DNA of 53,224 nt, counting the filler, from Sluysia triapertura (lineage: Eukaryota): the NCBI GenBank assembly GCA_046118255.1. It is 4 parts of 4 records of this genome, joined end to end, with 100 filler letters (N's around TTAATTAATTAA, not from the genome) between each part and the next. Parts side by side here need not be neighbours in the genome. Positions count along the whole stretch, not along the records: positions 40,177 to 53,224 come from JBJNIA010063084.1; 3 more parts are not named here. One strand, written 5' to 3'. The position numbers were made by a program, and so were the translations under genes. Shown here piece by piece: positions 52,621 through 53,224 of the stretch (within the stretch, counting starts at the first letter, position 1; the number at the start of each line of letters is the position of its first letter). The notes under the pieces are model-generated. The model ran no database searches. It saw nothing but the letters and a program-made list of their open reading frames with translations, and was not told the DNA's origin.

Positions 52621-53224
52621 AGTGTTGGTATACAGGCCTAAAGTGCTATGTAGTACAACTGACTATAGTAATCTAAAAATGGTTAGATGGGGCTGATAGC
52701 TGATGAAACTTATTTAATAATAATTTAATTGAACTATTATAATTTTTCTGAATGCAATTTTCATTGAAAATTATTTGTCTGCTTATAATTTAATTTTTGT
52801 ACTATTATATTTTTCGTATAATTGGAAATTACTATAATTCAATAAGTTTCGTAAATTCGATTTATAATTGCTTGGAGAAAAGATATAAAAATAAAAAATA
52901 ACACAATAAATTATTAAACCAATAACATCGCTATCTCTAATTTAACATCTGTAGATTCTGAAACTATCATTTTTAATCGACAATTATTACTTATGGAAAA
53001 AGCTTTCTCTCTGGGACACAATTGCTTTGATAATTATTCTGAAGACAAGAAAGTTCAAGTTTAGGATTTAGAAATTTAGATTATTATCCGAAACTAAGAG
53101 TTCATATTAAGAAAAGTTAAGAGTTCGTTAGAAGCATATATAAATTCTGTTGGGATTGCCCAACTTTGGATTAGGAGACGAGTAGAAGACGTATAGAATT
53201 ATAAATGAAGGAAAAATTGATGAG

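Overview
Very AT-rich, intron-containing animal genomic DNA. The abundant (AAT)n tracts and TE landscape resemble triclad flatworms, but the taxon cannot be fixed from sequence alone. The window has four contigs joined by artificial 100-nt spacers (N44-TTAATTAATTAA-N44). Recognisable host-gene pieces: the first T-box exon of a Tbx2/3-type gene (+), two small S6K/RSK-type kinase exons (-), a 300-nt TM5-TM6 exon of a class A GPCR (-), a frameshifted ankyrin-repeat exon (-), an intronless dead RagC/D GTPase copy (-) and an orphan membrane ORF (-). Most of the rest is decayed mobile DNA: Gypsy pol with a possible env-like 3' ORF, three L2-type LINE 3' ends, mariner, pogo, piggyBac-like and hAT-like remnants, and a tRNA-derived element. 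The most unusual observation is a 0.55-0.9 kb module present three times. It ends in GGTT(G/A)G(C/T)CAC(T/C)ACA and carries CCAAT-type inverted repeats whose arms differ between copies yet stay complementary. Each copy sits just upstream of a different minus-strand ORF, one of which is the RagC/D copy. All protein-family calls are from motif recognition by eye, not database searches.
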